From the NCBI RefSeq assembly GCF_006345805.1, contig NC_043000.1, forward strand, positions 93,372,001 through 93,436,000: DNA of 64,000 nt, given 5' to 3'. Numbering within the stretch: the stretch's first letter is position 1; every line of letters begins with the position of its first letter. The notes beneath the pieces are model-generated. The model did not search any database. It worked only from the letters and a program-made list of their open reading frames with translations, and was not told the DNA's origin. The translations under genes were made by a program, and so were the position numbers. This DNA comes from Octopus sinensis. Taxonomy: Eukaryota. Below, piece after piece: positions 1 through 12,768 of the stretch.

Positions 1-139
1 TGCAAGTCAATATTGTCTTGCAAACATGTATTATACTTGGTAGTATATCATAGTTGTAAAACGAAATACAGTGGACTTTACAACAATTAACACACACACA
101 CACATATATATGTTGTGTGTGTATACATACATACATATA

Positions 140-185
<46 letters not shown>

Positions 186-706
186 TATATATATACCTAG
201 TATTTTGGAGGAATGAAATTTCCTTAAAATAATAGGCATATATTTTGCATATAGTTTATATCCATTTAAAAGATGAAAGGAAAATGGAAATAAGGAAGTT
301 AATAATTGTTTATTATTAACAAATTGGTCATTGTTAACTTCATACATCCATTTCAATTAATACTACATAATTTGATGACAAATTAGTACATTAAATTTAC
401 AATTATGTGACATCAGTATAATTTCATTAGAGAAAAAAAGATGTACCTTTGGATGTTATATGTGGGCCTATCAATTCATTTCAGCAGACCCGCTTCTTTT
501 CTCCTCCTCTTCTTTTAGATGGATATGAACTATATCATCATCATCATCATCATCGTTTAACATCCGCTTTCCATGCTAGCATGGGTTGGACGGTTCAACT
601 GGGGTCTGGCAAGCCCGAAGGCTGCACCAGGCCAGTCAGATCTGGCAGTGTTTCTACAGCTGGATGCCCTTCCTAACGCCAACCACTCCGAGAGTGTAGT
701 GGGTGA

Positions 707-1114
707 TTTTATGTGCCACCGACACAGGTGCCAGACGAGGCTGGCAGACGGCCACACTCGGATGGTGTTTTTTATGTGCCACCGACACAGGTGCCAGACG
801 AGGCTGGCAGACGGCCACGCTCGGATGGTGTTTTTTATGTGCCACCGACACAGGTGCCAGACGAGGCTGGCAGACGGCCACACTCGGATGGTGTTTTTTA
901 TGTGCCACCGACACAGGTGCCAGACGAGGCTGGCAGACGGCCACACTCGGATGGTGTTTTCTTATGTGTCACCGGCACAGGTGCCAGACGAGGCTGGCAA
1001 ACGGCCACGCTCGGATGGTGTTTGTTACGTGCCCTCAGCACAGAGGCCAGTCGATGCGGTACTGGCTACGGTCACGTTCAGATGGTTTTCTTATGTGCCA
1101 CCGGCACTGGTACC
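707..1114. repeat. 63-bp minisatellite (about 6.3 units) in the RTE 3' UTR
   Basis: ATGTGCC recurs at 711, 774, 837, 900, 964, 1027 and 1093. The first four units are near-identical. Confidence 0.95.
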
Positions 1115-1282
1115 ATAAAGGATACAAATAGGATACAAATTCCATTGATGTACATCTATTTTGATTTGGTTTTGATTTTGATTTTCACTTGCCTCAACAG
1201 GTCTTCTCAAGTGTCACAATAAGGAAGGTATGCACAGGTGGACTGACTACGTCCCAGGTAGGGGCCACGGGATATGGCTTCA

Positions 1283-2853
1283 CTAGTCTTGCCGGGTCTT
1301 CTCACGCACAGCATACTTCCATAGGTCTCGGTCTCTAGTCATTTCCATGGTGAGACCTAACGTCCGAAGGTCATGCTTCACCACCTCGTCCCAGGTTTTC
1401 CTGGGTCTACCTCTTCCACGGGTTCCTCAACTGCTAGGGATTGGCACTTTCTCACACACCTATCTTCATCCATTCTCGCCACATGACCATACCAGCGCAA
1501 TCGTCTCTCTTGCACACCACAACTGATGCTTCTTAGGTACAACATTCTCTCAAGGTACTAACGCTCTGTCGAGTAAGTACACTGACATTACACATCCATC
1601 GGAGCATACTGGCTTCATTCCTCACGAGCTTACGCATGTCCTCAGCAGTCACGGCCATGTTTCACTGCCATGTAGCATAGCTGTTCGTACACATGCATCA
1701 TACAGTCTGCCTTTTACTCTGAGCGAGAGGCTTTTAGTCACCAGCAGAGGTAAGAGCTCCCTAAACTTTGCCCAGGCTATTCTTATTCTAGCAGTTACAC
1801 TTTCAGCGCACCCACCCCCACTACTGACTTGGTCACCTAGATAGCGGAAGCTATCAACTACTTCTAGTTTTTCCCCCCGGAAAGTGACGGAAGTTGTTTT
1901 CTGCAGATTTTCGGAGGTCAATGCTCCCGAGCATCTGCCACATACAAAAACTATCTTCCCAGTTAGCCTACCTTTGACATTGCTGCACCTCTTATGTGTC
2001 CATAGCTTACACTGGGTACATCTTATAGAGTTTCTACCTACACCTTTTCTACAGATCAAGCAGGGCCATCTTCCTGAGGATATTTGTGGATTGTCTACCT
2101 TTCTACTTATTAGTACTTTGGTTTTAGCTAGGTGACTCTAAGGCCCCTCGATTCTAAACCCTCCTTCCACACCTGGAACTTCTGCTCCAGTTCTGATAGT
2201 GACTCAGCAATTAGAGCGAGGTCGTCAGCATAGAGGAGCTCCCAGGGGCAGCCTGTCTTGAATTCCTCCACAATTGCCTGGAGGACTATGATAAATAGGA
2301 GGGGGCTGAGTACTGAACCCTGGTGGACCCCAACCTCTACTTTGAATTCATCTGTGTACATGTTGCCAACCCTAACCTTACTTACGGCATCTCTGTACAT
2401 GGCTTGCACAGCCCTCACCAGCCATTCATCTATCCCTAGTTTCCTCATTGACCACCAGATGAGGGATCGGGGGATCCTATCAAAGGCTTTCTCCATGTCA
2501 ACGAAGCCAGGTACAGGGGCTTATCTTTGGCTAGGTATTTCTCCTGCAGCTGCCTTACCAGGAATATAGCATCAGTGCTTTTCCCTGGCACGAACCCAAA
2601 CTGCATCTCATCTAAACTAACTCTCTCTCTAATTAGTTGGGCTATGACCCTCTCCGTAACCTTCATTACCTGATCCAACAGCTTGATACCTCTGTAATTA
2701 TTTTTATCCAGGGCATCACCTTTACCTTTGTAGCAGTTGACTAGTATGCTGCTACACCAGTCATTGGGTATGACTCCTTCGTGTATCACCTGGTTGACTA
2801 TACGGGTGACTAGGTTATAGCCGACACTGCCAGATATTTTGAGCATCTCTGCA
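1283..2853 (-). pseudogene. Disrupted reverse transcriptase ORF of the RTE element
   Basis: ORF-track pieces 2445-2867, 2128-2496 and 1649-2059 are successive frameshifted parts of one RT protein. Confidence 0.9.
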
Positions 2854-3076
2854 CGGAGTAAACACATAAATGTGAAACAAGGTGGAAAAAAGAGTACTCA
2901 AATACCAGTGGTAGAGTAATATGCTTTATTTAAAGCAGCAGAAAATTCAACAAAACCTGTTACTCTGAGTTTCCAGTTGCCGTTCGTCGGACAGTTTTCT
3001 GCGGAATCTGTCCGACGAACGGCAACGGGAAACTCAGAGTAACAGGTTTTGTTGAATTTTCTGCTGCTTTAAATAA
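2854..3076. mobile_element. HHR-bearing short repeat (family J), head-to-head inverted pair
   Basis: 69-bp arms at 2926-2994 and 3008-3076 with a 13-nt spacer. The same sequence recurs at 40720-40867. Confidence 0.75.
3007..3046 (+). ncRNA. Type I hammerhead-like motif, U4C variant (mirror copy on minus strand at 2956-2994)
   Basis: UCUGU-CCGACGA-ACGGCAACGG-GAA-ACUCAGAGU-A/ACAGG. Helix I is UCUGU:ACAGG, helix III is a near-palindrome, and the cleavage triplet is GUA. Confidence 0.6.
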
Positions 3077-3164
3077 GTATATATATATATATATATATAA
3101 CAACATATACATATACATAGGAGACAGACAAATGAAGAGAGAGAAAGAGTAGTATCTTGGTATG

Positions 3165-3305
3165 CAAAATGTTGGTGTCAGGAAAGGCATTCATTATAAA
3201 ATCACTGCTTCAAAGTGTTCAACCCAACATATACCTGCATGGGAAAAAAGGACACCCTTGAAAGTGATGATGTTGATGATGATGATGATGATGATGATGG
3301 TGATG
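3165..3305 (+). mobile_element. Degenerate RTE-type 3' end with (ATG)n tail
   Basis: GTTGGTGTCAGGAAAGGCATTC...(GAT)n resembles the 3' end of the 535-2853 element. Confidence 0.6.
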
Positions 3306-3319
3306 GTGATATATTTTTG

Positions 3320-3491
3320 TCTATATGATTGTCCATCCATTCATCTGTCTACCTATCCATCTATCCATTCAACTGTCAATCCATCTATCCATCTATCCAT
3401 CTATCTAGCTAGTGAGTAAGTTATCCATCTATGTACCATTCTAAACATTTCATACATTCATGCATTTTCCTACCTGTCTGTCTCTCTGTCC

Positions 3492-3546
<55 letters not shown>

Positions 3547-3566
3547 AATCTATCTATCTATCTATC

Positions 3567-3598
<32 letters not shown>

Positions 3599-3614
3599 GC
3601 TATCTATCTATCTA

Positions 3615-3676
<62 letters not shown>

Positions 3677-3888
3677 ATCCTCTATCTATCTATCTATCTA
3701 TTTACCTACCTACCTACCTACCTATCTATCCATCTATCCATCTATCTATCTAGCTAACTAGCTAGCTAGCTGACTGTCTACCTGTCCATCTGCCTATCTG
3801 TCTGTCTGTCTGTCTGTCTGCCTATCTATCTATCTATATACATATACATATATATAGAGAGAAAAATTTATATCTCTATCTATCTATC

Positions 3889-3927
<39 letters not shown>

Positions 3928-3930
3928 AGC
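3320..3930. repeat. (TCTA)n/(TCTG)n/(TA)n/(TG)n compound microsatellite
   Basis: Direct reading. Confidence 0.95.
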
Positions 3931-4460
3931 ATAAACATATGCATGTGTACATATAAACATACTTTTTTTCTTCATGTGTATATTTGGTTGAGTGGAGGTA
4001 TATACCTTATCATTCATTTGCTGTCTTTCATAAAACATACAATACATACTACCCAAAAGAAAAGATTTTAAAAAAACCCCTGATTCTTATTGTGATTGAT
4101 TATCAATGTCTTTATTTCCTACAAATACTTTGATACGGTATGGGAAATCACAAAGTTGTGCTATTGCATTTGTTGTAGCTGTTCTAACCAAGATTTGCTT
4201 CTTTCTCTTTTTTTTAGAACTCAAGGAAATTTCTCTTTCGGATTGAAGAAAAATAAAAACAACTAAACCATCACGATAAAAATTGTCAGAAAAATATTCT
4301 TACCTCTAATTGCTAAAACTTCACTCAAAAGATGATATAGCTTAAGCTAAATGGAAAACTTCATTTCAGAAAAATGTTCCTTTTATTCTTCCAGTTGGAA
4401 CAAAAGGATTCCAAACGAACTATAATACCAATAATAATAATAAAAATAATAATAATAATA

Positions 4461-4517
<57 letters not shown>

Positions 4518-4993
4518 GATGAAGCAAAACAAAGGTAAAATATAAGAGAAATAGAAAAGAATTCTGTAAATTCCAGCTGTTTTGCTGAAGAATCATCTCC
4601 ATAGAGAATAAGAAGTCTATATTGAAATGTACCACTTTTCTTGTGATGTTTAAAATCATGCCTCTTGTTTTCAGAGTGTTAATTCCTAAGCAGTTCTTGT
4701 ATATGGAATTTAAAAGGAAAATAAATAAATTGATAAATAAATTGAAAAAAAAAACATTGTGCAAAAGCCAAGGAAACATAAATAAGAGACAAGTTAAAGA
4801 AAAAGAGAAGAAGAAAAAAATGGTAGAAAAAATTAAAATGACAAGATAAAACAGCAAGAAAATAAAATGGTTTTCCATTGAATCCAAGCTATGGATTTTT
4901 CATACAAGCATTGTGTATATTATAAAAGAGAGAGATTGAGAGAAAGAGTTTGAGAGAGAGAGAATGAGAGGGAGAGTCATCTTCAATACAGAC

Positions 4994-5093
4994 NNNNNNN
5001 NNNNNNNNNNNNNNNNNNNNNNNNNNNNNNNNNNNNNNNNNNNNNNNNNNNNNNNNNNNNNNNNNNNNNNNNNNNNNNNNNNNNNNNNNNNNN
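4994..5093. other. Assembly gap (100 N)
   Basis: Run of 100 Ns. Confidence 1.
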
Positions 5094-5345
5094 TTTGGCC
5101 TGGTGACTAGCACGAAATGATTAGATTTGGGGATCGATCCAGAACCAGACAAGGATTCTGGATTACTTTTCCAGATTTTTCACTTAATTTTTGTGAGCGG
5201 TCGGGTTCATTTTTAGCGTTCTCGTTTCTGAGAGCAGTCGAGTTTATTTCAGATATTCTCATTTTAAAAATCATCTCAAGCTAATCGTTGAGAGGACGAT
5301 CGTGTTGCTTTGGCGGAAGCTTCCGCTCTGTGAGTGCTCTTGTTC
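5094..5345 (+). mobile_element. Possible Helentron-associated (HINE/DINE-like) non-autonomous element, 3' part
   Basis: GATCGATCCAGAACCAG...TTGGCGGAAGCTTCCGCTCTGTGAGTGCTCTTGTT resembles HINE 3' ends (recalled similarity only). Confidence 0.35.
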
Positions 5346-5541
5346 TCATTAAATTCACATTTGATTCCAATCCGACACGTGTTTCTGCTGCACAAGTGAC
5401 CTAATATCCTTTGATATTTATCTGAATAGTTGGTTCAATTTCAGTACTTATTCATGTGTGTGTGTGTGAGAGAGAGAGTGTACGTATAACTACGTTATAT
5501 ATATACATACATATATATATACATACATACATATATATATA

Positions 5542-5606
<65 letters not shown>

Positions 5607-5680
5607 TATATATATATATTATATATATATATTATATATATATATATAATTATATATATATATTATATATATATATATAT

Positions 5681-5877
5681 AAAGTTAATCCAAACAAGAA
5701 AGCACAAAAAAAACACAACAACGCGAGGTCGTGGAACACATAGTATTATTGGACGCTCAGGAGAGAAGGAAAGGAGGAGGATTTAACGTTTCGTGCGGAG
5801 CTCTTCGTCGGAAACATAGGAGAAGGAAAGATCCAGAGAAGAGAAGACGGAGGAAAAAAATCGCCAACGGTACACAG
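5681..5877 (-). mobile_element. HHR-bearing short repeat family A (copy 1; degenerate HHR at 5781-5815)
   Basis: Homologous to 22331-22552, 33608-33725 and 51566-51665. The 3' end abuts (TA)n. Confidence 0.75.
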
Positions 5878-6169
5878 TTTTATCTTTATGACTGAGAGTC
5901 GTATACCACAAATAGAACTTCCATTGGTCATGCATTAAAGTTTCATGTTGAAACCGTACACACTTAGAGTGTCCTCAACGCCCACTGCTTCATGTTCTAT
6001 CTTTGTATTTGTCTATCCTCCCAGAACCAGAGGGTGTGGACACAGATGCTCTGGATCCTTATAAGATTGTTAGTCAAAATATCGCAGTTTTCGCCATTTG
6101 GACATACATACATACATACATTCATACATATATTCATGCATGTCTGATGGCTGTCAACTCATCGTATGA

Positions 6170-6403
6170 TGGCGGCGAGCTGGCAGAATCATTAGCACTC
6201 CGGGCGAAATGCGTAGCCGTATTTCGTCTGCCGTTACGTTCTGAGTTCAAATTCCGCCGAGGTCGACTTTACCTTTCATCCTTTCGGGGTCGATAAATTA
6301 AGTACCAGTTACGCACTGGGGTCGATGTAATCAACTTAATCCGTTTGTCTGTCCTTGTTTGTCCTCTCTGTGTTTAGCCCCTTGTGAGCAATAAAGAAAT
6401 AAG
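6170..6403 (+). mobile_element. tRNA-derived SINE family S2
   Basis: GGCGGCGAGCTGGCAGAATC...GAGTTCAAATTCC (A/B-box-like), body GCCTTTCATCCTTTCGGGGTCGATAAATT, tail AATAAAGAAAT. Many copies in the window. Confidence 0.85.
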
Positions 6404-6675
6404 AAAGTCATCGTATGATCATCACTGACAAAAAGCAACGCCTACTTAAAATGTTAGGTCCTGTAAAGCTTGCACAAAAATCTCGTAGAGTCTCTCCGCA
6501 CTGTTGGCCTGATCCAGAGACAAGCCGATGCAAGATATCTTGAGCCAATATAGGTTGCATGTTCAGGAATGTGGAAGCGCCATTATCTGAAGTGCAAGTA
6601 AAAAAATCCTCAAAATGTCCATTGCTATTCCCAGCAGACCCAGTTTTATATCAGAATGGCTTTCTTATACAGCTA

Positions 6676-6887
6676 AGTTCACCGCCATCAATTCATCGCA
6701 AGAGAGTTCACCGCCATCGATCCACCGTGAGGAAAGTTTGCGGAGAAAATGTATCCATAGAATCTCACTATTAATAGTTAAAAACTATTTTATTGATTAA
6801 AAAGGTAAATGAATAAATTAAATAAAAAATAAAACAGTGAATTGATGACGGTGAGCTTTCGCTGCGTTGAATTGATGACGGTAAACT
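6676..6887. mobile_element. MITE-like element with iterated subterminal inverted 20-mers (possibly MULE-type)
   Basis: AGTTCACCGCCATCAATTCA-like motif twice at the left end, and its inverse TGAATTGATGACGGTRARCT twice at the right end. Confidence 0.5.
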
Positions 6888-6959
6888 GATGGGACATGTT
6901 TAGAGACATTATTTAACAATTGTTTTGTCGAGAACGACCCGATTACTTCTTTTCTTTTT

Positions 6960-7181
6960 TACTAAATTGGTACTTATTATATCGGTCTCTTCTGGCGAAC
7001 TAGTAAGTTGCGGGTATGTTGATAAGCCAACACCGGTTGTCAAGCGGCAGTGTGTGGGTGGGGGACAAGTATAAAAATACACACACACACACACACACAA
7101 CACACACACACGCATACACACACACACGCATACATACATACATACATACATACATACATACATACATACAAAATACATACA

Positions 7182-7216
<35 letters not shown>

Positions 7217-7242
7217 TACATATACATATATATATATATATA

Positions 7243-7284
<42 letters not shown>

Positions 7285-7349
7285 GTTTGATGAACCCATC
7301 AGTCCGTCTAATGAGGGCTTTTAGGTACTGTTCCTCCCACCAAGGGACA

Positions 7350-7395
<46 letters not shown>

Positions 7396-7575
7396 GAGAG
7401 AGAGAGAGATGGTACGAGCTTCTGTCAGTTTCCATCTACAACATCCATTCGCAAGTATTTGGTCGTCCCGAAGTTATAATAAGCGACACTTGTCGAAGTG
7501 GCTGCACAGTGGTACTGAACCCGAGACCACATGGTTCAGAAACAGGCTTCTTAACCACACAGCCACTCCTGCACT
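6960..7575 (-). mobile_element. tRNA-derived SINE family S1, with internal microsatellite expansion
   Basis: 5' half at 7410-7575 and 3' half at 6960-7070 match the full copy at 47400-47851. Confidence 0.7.
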
Positions 7576-8419
7576 TTATATATATATATGTTTCATTTTT
7601 GGATTTGGTTTACAAGATTTTTTATATGAGTTCGTGTGTTGAAGCATATTCTGTTGTGTCTGAGGAGAGTCATTTTCTTTTAACACACTCACCGGTAAAA
7701 TTTCTACTTATTTCTTATTTTTATTAGCCTAAAATTTTTGTTACGTCTTATTGAAAAGGTTGCAAGACGCAACGAAAATTATAAGGCACAAAAAGAAAAT
7801 GACTCTCCCCAGACACAACAGTATATATATATATATATATATATATACAGTTTCAGGAAAGAGATAGAAAAAGTTTTATATACTATATATATATATATAT
7901 ATGGTATATTAAATTTTTTCTCTCTCTTTCATGAAACTGAATTTCATTAGAGATTAGACAAATCATAAATGTCTCTAAAAGGTTCAGCAACGCGAAATCT
8001 ATTATACACCACAAAAATAATTTTAGAAATTTCCCCTTATCCAAGTCATTGGTTAAATCAAATTCCTTATCGTTTTCCATTAACCAATGACTTTTCACGT
8101 AGGGTCTCTCCACGTCGTACAGATGCTAAAATATATACATACATACATACATACATACATACATACATACATACATACATACATACATGCATACGTAATA
8201 CACACACACACAGACTTACACAGACACACACACACACATACACACACATATATATACGATGAGCGTCTTTCAGTTTTCGCCTACCAAATCCACTCACAAG
8301 ACTTTGGGCAGGCCGAGGCCATAGTAGAAAACACATGCTCAATATGCCACACAGTGGGACTGAACCCAGAACCACGTGGTAGGGAAACAAACTTCTTACC
8401 ACACAGTCAACTTCAAGAA

Positions 8420-8653
8420 GAGTGGTTCTCAGCCATATTTTATCTATGGACCTCTTTGATTCTTATTCTATTCACGAGGACCCTCATAACCATTCAATGC
8501 TTTAAAAACCCTATGATATTTTCATAACTGAATATTACTAGGGTGTTAAAATATTTTGTCTATTGTAAAAATATAACCAATTTATTGCACATAATTTTTA
8601 ACAAGATCTTATATGGGGCTCCACGAACCTTATGGACCCCAAATGAGAACCTC
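8420..8653. mobile_element. hAT (Charlie-like) MITE
   Basis: GAGTGGTTCTCAGCC...GAGAACCTCT termini. Related to 31439-31783. Confidence 0.6.
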
Positions 8654-8841
8654 TTCTCAAAGAATGACCAACAAAAGAGATACTGTACGCATTTAGTCAG
8701 TCTTTCATTTGCATCCTGAATTTATTAGAATTTACCGTTATTGTTTGTTTAAAACATATCACATTCCAACACAGTGGTGTGTTATGAAATCCTTTTGCCG
8801 ACTACATGTCTTTAAGTTTATTTTGCCTATGTAGTTCCTCA

Positions 8842-9104
8842 CAGTCGTGGCTCAAATTTTGAAACATTTTTTTTTTTTAGAAATTAAAATTGTTATGCCT
8901 AAGTGCAATTCGATTTAAACATATACAATGCAAAGATATACTTACCTAACAACCGATCCAATGATTCAATATCTCGAAGAAAAAATAAGTAAAATCAAAA
9001 ACATAGTTCCAGACCAAATTGCTTACTTTTAATACAACTTTGGTCATTTAACATATAAAGATTCAAATTTTCAGACCTATGTTGCAAACTTTTGGCCACG
9101 ACTG
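8842..9104. mobile_element. Tc1-type MITE
   Basis: TIRs CAGTCGTGGCTCAAATTTT and AAACTTTTGGCCACGACTG, followed by TA. Confidence 0.7.
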
Positions 9105-9342
9105 TATATGAATGCTCTCCAACAAAAACAGTGGATTGCTTAATGCTTTGGGAAGGAAATTTGGTCGACGGAAACCGAAAATAATCTTTTTGTTGTTGGT
9201 CTTGTCTCGTAGATATAATACTTCGCTCAGTTGCAACACCACCGCTTGACCGTTGGATGATGACACTAGAAAAATACTCTGAATTGCGGATGTGTCATTC
9301 TACTACTCTCTTTCTCTTCCTCTCTCCTTCTCTCTCTCTCTC

Positions 9343-9380
<38 letters not shown>

Positions 9381-9405
9381 ACGCATACAAACACTTTCTT
9401 GGATG

Positions 9406-9440
<35 letters not shown>

Positions 9441-9750
9441 ATCTATCTATCTATCTATCTACATATACGCACACACACATGCAGGCGCGCGTACACACAC
9501 ACAAACACAGATGGTGATGGTGTAGTACTCATGATCGCGGGTTCGTTTCCTGGACTGGGCGACGCGTTGTGTTCTTGAGCAAAACACTTCATTTCACGTT
9601 GTTCTACAATCATTTCGACATTTGACGTGTGGCACACTCGTGTATCTGTACAGTTAATGTACAGCAAGTATATTTGATGGCTATAGACAAATCATTTGTG
9701 CAGATCGTTCAGCAAAACATCATCTTCGATAGAAGATTCCATCATGAATA

Positions 9751-9950
9751 CGAGGGGATGCTGAAAAGTTCCTGGCTTTAAGGGTGTCGCGAGAGGTCTG
9801 GTTGGAGGCCCAACCTTCCGAGTTCTTTTACAGGGCTTAGAAAAACTGAAGGACCTCTGCAATAAGTATGTGAATCTGAGACGAGAATATGTTGAATAAA
9901 ATCATAATTTTCCTTTATCCAAAATCAATAACTTTTTAACAACCCCCTCA
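9751..9950 (+). mobile_element. Mariner-type MITE (second copy on minus strand at about 16533-16725)
   Basis: TA-CGAGGGGATGCTGAAAAGTT...AACTTTTTAACAACCCCCTCA-TA. Confidence 0.7.
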
Positions 9951-9964
9951 TATATATACTTTTC

Positions 9965-10512
9965 TACTCTAAGCACAAGGCCCGAAATTTTGAGGGAGGG
10001 AACCAGTCGATTAGATCGACCCTAATACGCAACTGGTGCTTAACTTATCGACCCCGAAATGATGAAAGGCAAAGTCGACCTTGGTGGAATTTAAACTCAG
10101 AATGTAAAGACAGACGAAATACCTATTTCTTTACTGCCCACAAGGGGCTACACACAGAGGGGACAAACAAGGACAGACAGACGGATTAAGTCGATTATAT
10201 CGACCCCAGTGCATAACTGGTACTTATTTAATCGACCCCAAAAGGATAAAAGGCAAAGTCGACCTCGGTGGAATTTAAACTCAGAATGTAAAGACAGACG
10301 AAATACCTATTTCTTTACTGCCCACAAGGGGCTACACACAGAGGGGACAAACAAGGACAGACAAACGGATTAAGTCGATTATATCGACCCCAGTGCATAA
10401 CTGGTACTTATTTAATCGACCCCGAAAGGATGAAAGGCAAAGTCGACCACGGCGGAATTTGAACTCAGAACGTAGCAGCAGACGAAATACCGCTATGTCT
10501 CTGCCAGCTCGC
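9965..10512 (-). mobile_element. SINE S2 with tandemly repeated 184-bp internal unit
   Basis: ACTCAGAATGTAAAGACAGACG at 10095 and 10279. The head is at about 10512. Confidence 0.85.
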
Positions 10513-11636
10513 CACTTTATAATATATATATTTTCTCGAGCCTTAGGTTTTATAATGATGGTCATCCAGTTTCCATGCCATACAAGTGACTATATTGTAA
10601 TCAGTCTCAACATTTTTCGAGCACGAGACACGCCGGTCCATTGCAGTGACAAGGCCAGCTAACACATTCTGTCCAGGTTTTGGGTTTGGTGCTCACTTCC
10701 TTCTCTCCACCCATTAGTCAGAGAAAAGCTGAAATACATAAAGGGCGCTTCCTAGTCTCTTTTCCAATTTTAGCCTTTTTCCATAAATAAATAAGCCTCC
10801 TTAACTCACGGGCACAAGTAGTTTAATCAGACATTTATTTTCCCACCTTCTGAAGACTGTTATCCGATAGGTCCTTTCAACCTGTCGTATCCCATGTCCA
10901 AATATTTTGCTTTCGAAATCTGCCAGTCTCTTTGTCGGCTTTATTTATTTATTTGTTTGTTTGCTTGCTTGCTTGTTTGTTTATTTATTTTGATTCTGTC
11001 ATAAATCATACCACTGACGAGCCAATTCCGACACCCAATACACAAATTCGAAATTTGATCTATTGATCTGCTCTATTCTAAGAATGTTATTAATTTTTAA
11101 ACCATTCCCCTCTACCACCGCCACCATCACCACCACCACTACCACCACCACCACCACCACCACCACCACCACCACTATTATGGATCTGTACGGGAAGGCG
11201 TGTGGCCTAGTCGTTTAGGTGTTACGCTCACGATCGTGAAATCATTGTTTCGATTCCCGGATCGGGTAGTGCGTTGTGTTCTTGAGCAAAAAATTATTTT
11301 CCCCCCACATTTCATGTTTGCTCCAGGTCGCTCAGCTATAAATGTGTTCCAGCAATAACTGGATAGTTAATCCTGTGATTGACCGGCGTTCCGCTCAATG
11401 GTGAGTGTCATAATCTCGGACACTTATATGCTATGGAAATAGGATTTAGCTCCGGACTCATGAGCCCTAGAGCTCATTGTAGAACTATGTTTAAGACTAT
11501 TAAGTGCAGATGAGTGCACATAGTAAGTTTTGTGGCACATACTAAATTTGGTTGCGTACTGGGGTCGATGTAATCGACTGGTCCCCGCCCTACAAAATTT
11601 CGGACCTTGTGCCTAGAGTAGAAAAGATTATTATTA

Positions 11637-11850
11637 AAGCGGTGAGCTGGCAGAATCGTTAGCATGTCGGGCAAAATGCATAGTGGCATCTTCTCCGTCT
11701 TTACGTTTTCAGTTCAAATTCAGCCGAAGTCAACTTTGTCTTTCATGCTTTCGGGGTCGATAGAATAAGTATCATTTAAGTACTGGGTTCAATGTAATCG
11801 ACTAACACCCTCCCAAAAATTTCAGGCCTTGTGTGTTCTATAGTAGAAAG
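11637..11850 (+). mobile_element. SINE S2 (a partial inverted copy lies at 11545-11640)
   Basis: GCGGTGAGCTGGCAGAATCGTTAGC head plus body. Confidence 0.75.
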
Positions 11851-12184
11851 GATTAATAATATCTCTATTTGCTTCGAGTACCACAGTTATAAAACGAATT
11901 ATTTTACGCCTCTCGAAGTTTCTAGAATCTTCGGATGTACATAAATATTTAAATAATTACAATACAGATACACAGATGAGGCATTGTTACTCCGAGTTCC
12001 AGATAAACTCCAAGGGAAATACTTAATGAGTAGAATTGAATCAAAGCGAACGCGGAGATGTGCCGCTCAGATCGCATTGAGCTACGTCTGATGATTTGAA
12101 AACTCAGAGTAGCATACTTTGATCGAGTCTCCTTCTTCGAAAAATGCTCTTTCTAACACACATAAACATGCAAGCGTTCATACA

Positions 12185-12276
<92 letters not shown>

Positions 12277-12310
12277 GCGCATGATTGACACATATATAAA
12301 TACATACATA

Positions 12311-12768
12311 CAGCTCTGGATTAACCCATTAAATAAAATAAGCATGTACTTAGGGCATCAAGGGACGGAGTTATAACAGAAATGAAAATGTTTTACGGCA
12401 CGAAAGAAATCACTTTAAACTTGCTAAAGTAATATTCGTAATGCTTTATCTCTACAAAGTATAGAAGCAGAAGTTTTACGTAAAATTAATTTTAACGATA
12501 TAATCGAAGACTTCGCAATTAAAATAAAGAAAAAAACGAAAGAAAAAACTTTTCAAATGTAAATTAAGTGGAAGTATACAAAAATAAATATTATTTTCCA
12601 TCTTCCTGTTAGCTTTGTTTCATTTTAGAAAATAAAAAAATTATTTTATGCTTTATTATTTTTTACATTTTGAATTATTTTTGTTTACATTTTGAACCAT
12701 TTACATGTACTTGAGGGCACCAAAACCTTTTAAGTGCTTAGGGCTTTATGGGTCTTAATCCGGCCCTG
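12311..12768. mobile_element. hAT-like MITE inserted in (CATA)n
   Basis: CAGCTCTGGATTAA...TTAATCCGGCCCTG termini. Confidence 0.6.

Larger units (their letters stand above)
535..2853 (-). mobile_element. RTE-clade LINE, 5'-truncated, frameshifted (RT region, 3' UTR, (ATG)n tail)
   Basis: Minus-strand fragments carry RT motifs QFGFVPGKSTDAIF, MEKAFDRIP, GVHQGSVLSPLLF, LLYADDL and RYLG, then the RTE C-terminus GRGRPRKTWDEVV...DRDLW (stop 1283-1285). The 3' end GGTTGGCGTTAGGAAGGGCATCCAGC is followed by (ATG)n. Confidence 0.93.

Noticed and set aside
557-1222. Six overlapping ORFs and a CRISPR-like regular repeat
   Set aside because: The 63-bp period is a multiple of 3, which keeps frames open. 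There are no unique spacers and no cas genes, and the repeat lies in a LINE 3' UTR.
4395-4534. Candidate exon with acceptor, ATG in good context (MDEAKQ) and AAAG|GTAAAA donor
   Set aside because: It is mostly (AAT)n, has only six codons and has no compatible downstream exon. RNA data would be needed.
6420-6670. Minus-strand frame ...IGLSLDQANSAERLYEIFVQALQDLTF, possibly a MULE transposase relic
   Set aside because: The similarity is only impressionistic and broken by stops. An HMM search would be needed.
12088-12116. CTGATGA-TTT-GAAA-ACTCAGAGTA, resembling family J/C hammerheads
   Set aside because: There is no helix II and only 2 bp of helix I. It could be a decayed relic but is not supportable.
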